A stretch of DNA of 43,667 nucleotides. It comes from Candidatus Kaiserbacteria bacterium. GTDB lineage: Bacteria > Patescibacteriota > Minisyncoccia > Phycocordibacterales > UBA2100. Location: positions 1-43,667 of the forward strand of contig JAFAPB010000075.1 in NCBI GenBank assembly GCA_019247335.1, in the 5' to 3' direction. The notes beneath the pieces are model-generated. The model had not been told where the DNA came from. It searched no databases and saw only the letters and a list, made by a program, of their open reading frames with translations. Below are positions 42,721 to 43,667 of this stretch, one piece after another (position 1 is the first letter of the stretch; the number at the start of each line of letters is the position of its first letter). The position numbers were made by a program, and so were the translations under genes.

Positions 42721-43158
42721 ATGGCGCGGACGCACAATATAAAGGAATTCAATGCGGAGGCGGCGCGCTTTGCCGCGACGCTCAAAAAAGGACAGGCGGC
42801 CACGATCGTTGCCCTCTTGGGCGAACTCGGCGCTGGGAAGACCTCGTTTACCCAGGCGATCGCCAAATATTTCGGTATCGATGAAACTCTCGCGAGCCCC
42901 ACATTCGTGATCGAGAAGATCTATGAGGCAAAAAGCGGCCCGTTTACGCGACTGATACATATAGACGCGTACCGGCTGGAGAAAGCGCGAGATCTCGAGG
43001 TCCTCGGTTGGGACGAGATAGTCGCCGATGCCCAAAATGTCATACTGCTGGAATGGCCGGAAAAAGTGCCCGGATTGGTACCCAAAGGCGCAAAAACCGT
43101 CTCGATAACATTGCTTGAAGGAGAGACCCGCGAATTTACCTATGGCGAAAAAAACTGA
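42721..43158 (+). CDS. tsaE: tRNA t6A37 biosynthesis ATPase TsaE
   Basis: 145 aa with P-loop GELGAGKTSF, SPTF and HIDAYR. Confidence 0.85.
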   Translation: MARTHNIKEFNAEAARFAATLKKGQAATIVALLGELGAGKTSFTQAIAKYFGIDETLASPTFVIEKIYEAKSGPFTRLIHIDAYRLEKARDLEVLGWDEIVADAQNVILLEWPEKVPGLVPKGAKTVSITLLEGETREFTYGEKN

Positions 43159-43667
43159 AGCGAAGCCCAAGAAAAAAGTCGAGAAGAAAAAGATGCGCGT
43201 CGTCCTGCTTGATTCGCACGCGATCCTCCATCGCGCGTATCACGCGCTGCCGGATTTTTCATCGAGCCGCGGCGAGCCGACCGGCGCGCTCTATGGGCTT
43301 ATCCTGATGCTGCTGAAAATTGTCGACGATCTGAAGCCTGATTACGTGATCGCGGCGCGCGACCTGCCGGGCAAGACAGTGCGGCATGAGCAGTTCGAGG
43401 CGTACAAAGCGAAGCGCGCGAAGGTGGAAGACGCGCTCATCGTGCAGCTCGAGAAGGCGCCGCGCGTATTCGAAGCTTTCGGCATTCCGGTCTACGAGTA
43501 TCCCGGCTACGAGGCAGACGACGTGCTTGGCACCATCGTTAAAAAACTTGCCGGGCGGAGCGATCTCGAGGTCATTATCGCGACGGGGGACATGGACACA
43601 CTGCAGCTCGTCGATGACAACGTGAAGGTCTTCACCCTTCGCAAGGGACTCTCCGATACCGTGCTCT
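43142..43667 (+). CDS. polA: DNA polymerase I, 5'-3' exonuclease domain (partial, runs off the window)
   Basis: Hand translation of the frame starting at 43142 gives MAKKTEAKPKKKVEKKKMRVVLLDSHAILHRAYHALP...GYEADDVLGT...TGDMDTLQL. An alternative start is at 43193. This ORF is not in the track because no stop is reached. Confidence 0.8.
   Translation, partial: MAKKTEAKPKKKVEKKKMRVVLLDSHAILHRAYHALPDFSSSRGEPTGALYGLILMLLKIVDDLKPDYVIAARDLPGKTVRHEQFEAYKAKRAKVEDALIVQLEKAPRVFEAFGIPVYEYPGYEADDVLGTIVKKLAGRSDLEVIIATGDMDTLQLVDDNVKVFTLRKGLSDTVL

Noticed and set aside
41995-43170. 391-aa minus-strand ORF
   Set aside because: It is antisense to tsaE (P-loop present) and to the C-terminus of the large charged protein.
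43386-43625. 79-aa plus-strand ORF
   Set aside because: It is out of frame within the polA 5'-3' exonuclease coding region, which translates cleanly in the frame starting at 43142.
1-43667. CRISPR arrays, integrases, transposases, relaxases and prophage structural genes
   Set aside because: I saw no regularly spaced direct repeats and no ORF with recognisable recombinase or relaxase motifs. The mosaic region therefore lacks an identifiable mobility gene within this window.

Overview
43.7-kb high-GC (roughly 60% by eye) bacterial chromosomal segment spanning the replication-origin neighbourhood. jag-yidC-rnpA-rpmH on the minus strand faces dnaA-dnaN on the plus strand, with DnaA-box-bearing spacers between them. 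Left of the origin is a tightly packed ~13-kb operon encoding a monoderm-style type IV secretion-like apparatus: a VirB4 ATPase, PrgI/VirB3-like, TrbL/VirB6-like and TrbC/VirB2-like pilin proteins, plus about eight exported or membrane proteins of unknown function. No relaxase, coupling protein or integrase is present in the window. Right of the origin lie PBP1A, ruvC, a large exported repeat protein, yebC and hydrolase/oxidase genes, followed by a mosaic accessory stretch (31.8-37.2 kb). That stretch holds three paralogous ~220-240-nt structured-RNA candidates and a low-GC (about 40% by eye) insert carrying a stand-alone RelA/SpoT-type (toxSAS/CapRel-like) gene. The insert is bracketed by partial duplications of host sequence: a 13-nt RNA box on the left and a frameshifted copy of the ruvB 3' end on the right. 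The stretch also contains an HExxH protein, ruvB and three small SD-bearing genes, two of which have their own terminators. Beyond it are a PilB-type ATPase, a ~970-aa highly charged low-complexity protein, tsaE and the start of polA. Most core genes lack Shine-Dalgarno sequences and several look leaderless. Gene content and style suggest a reduced-genome CPR/Patescibacteria-like organism (inference only). No rRNA, tRNA, CRISPR array, transposase or integrase was recognised.
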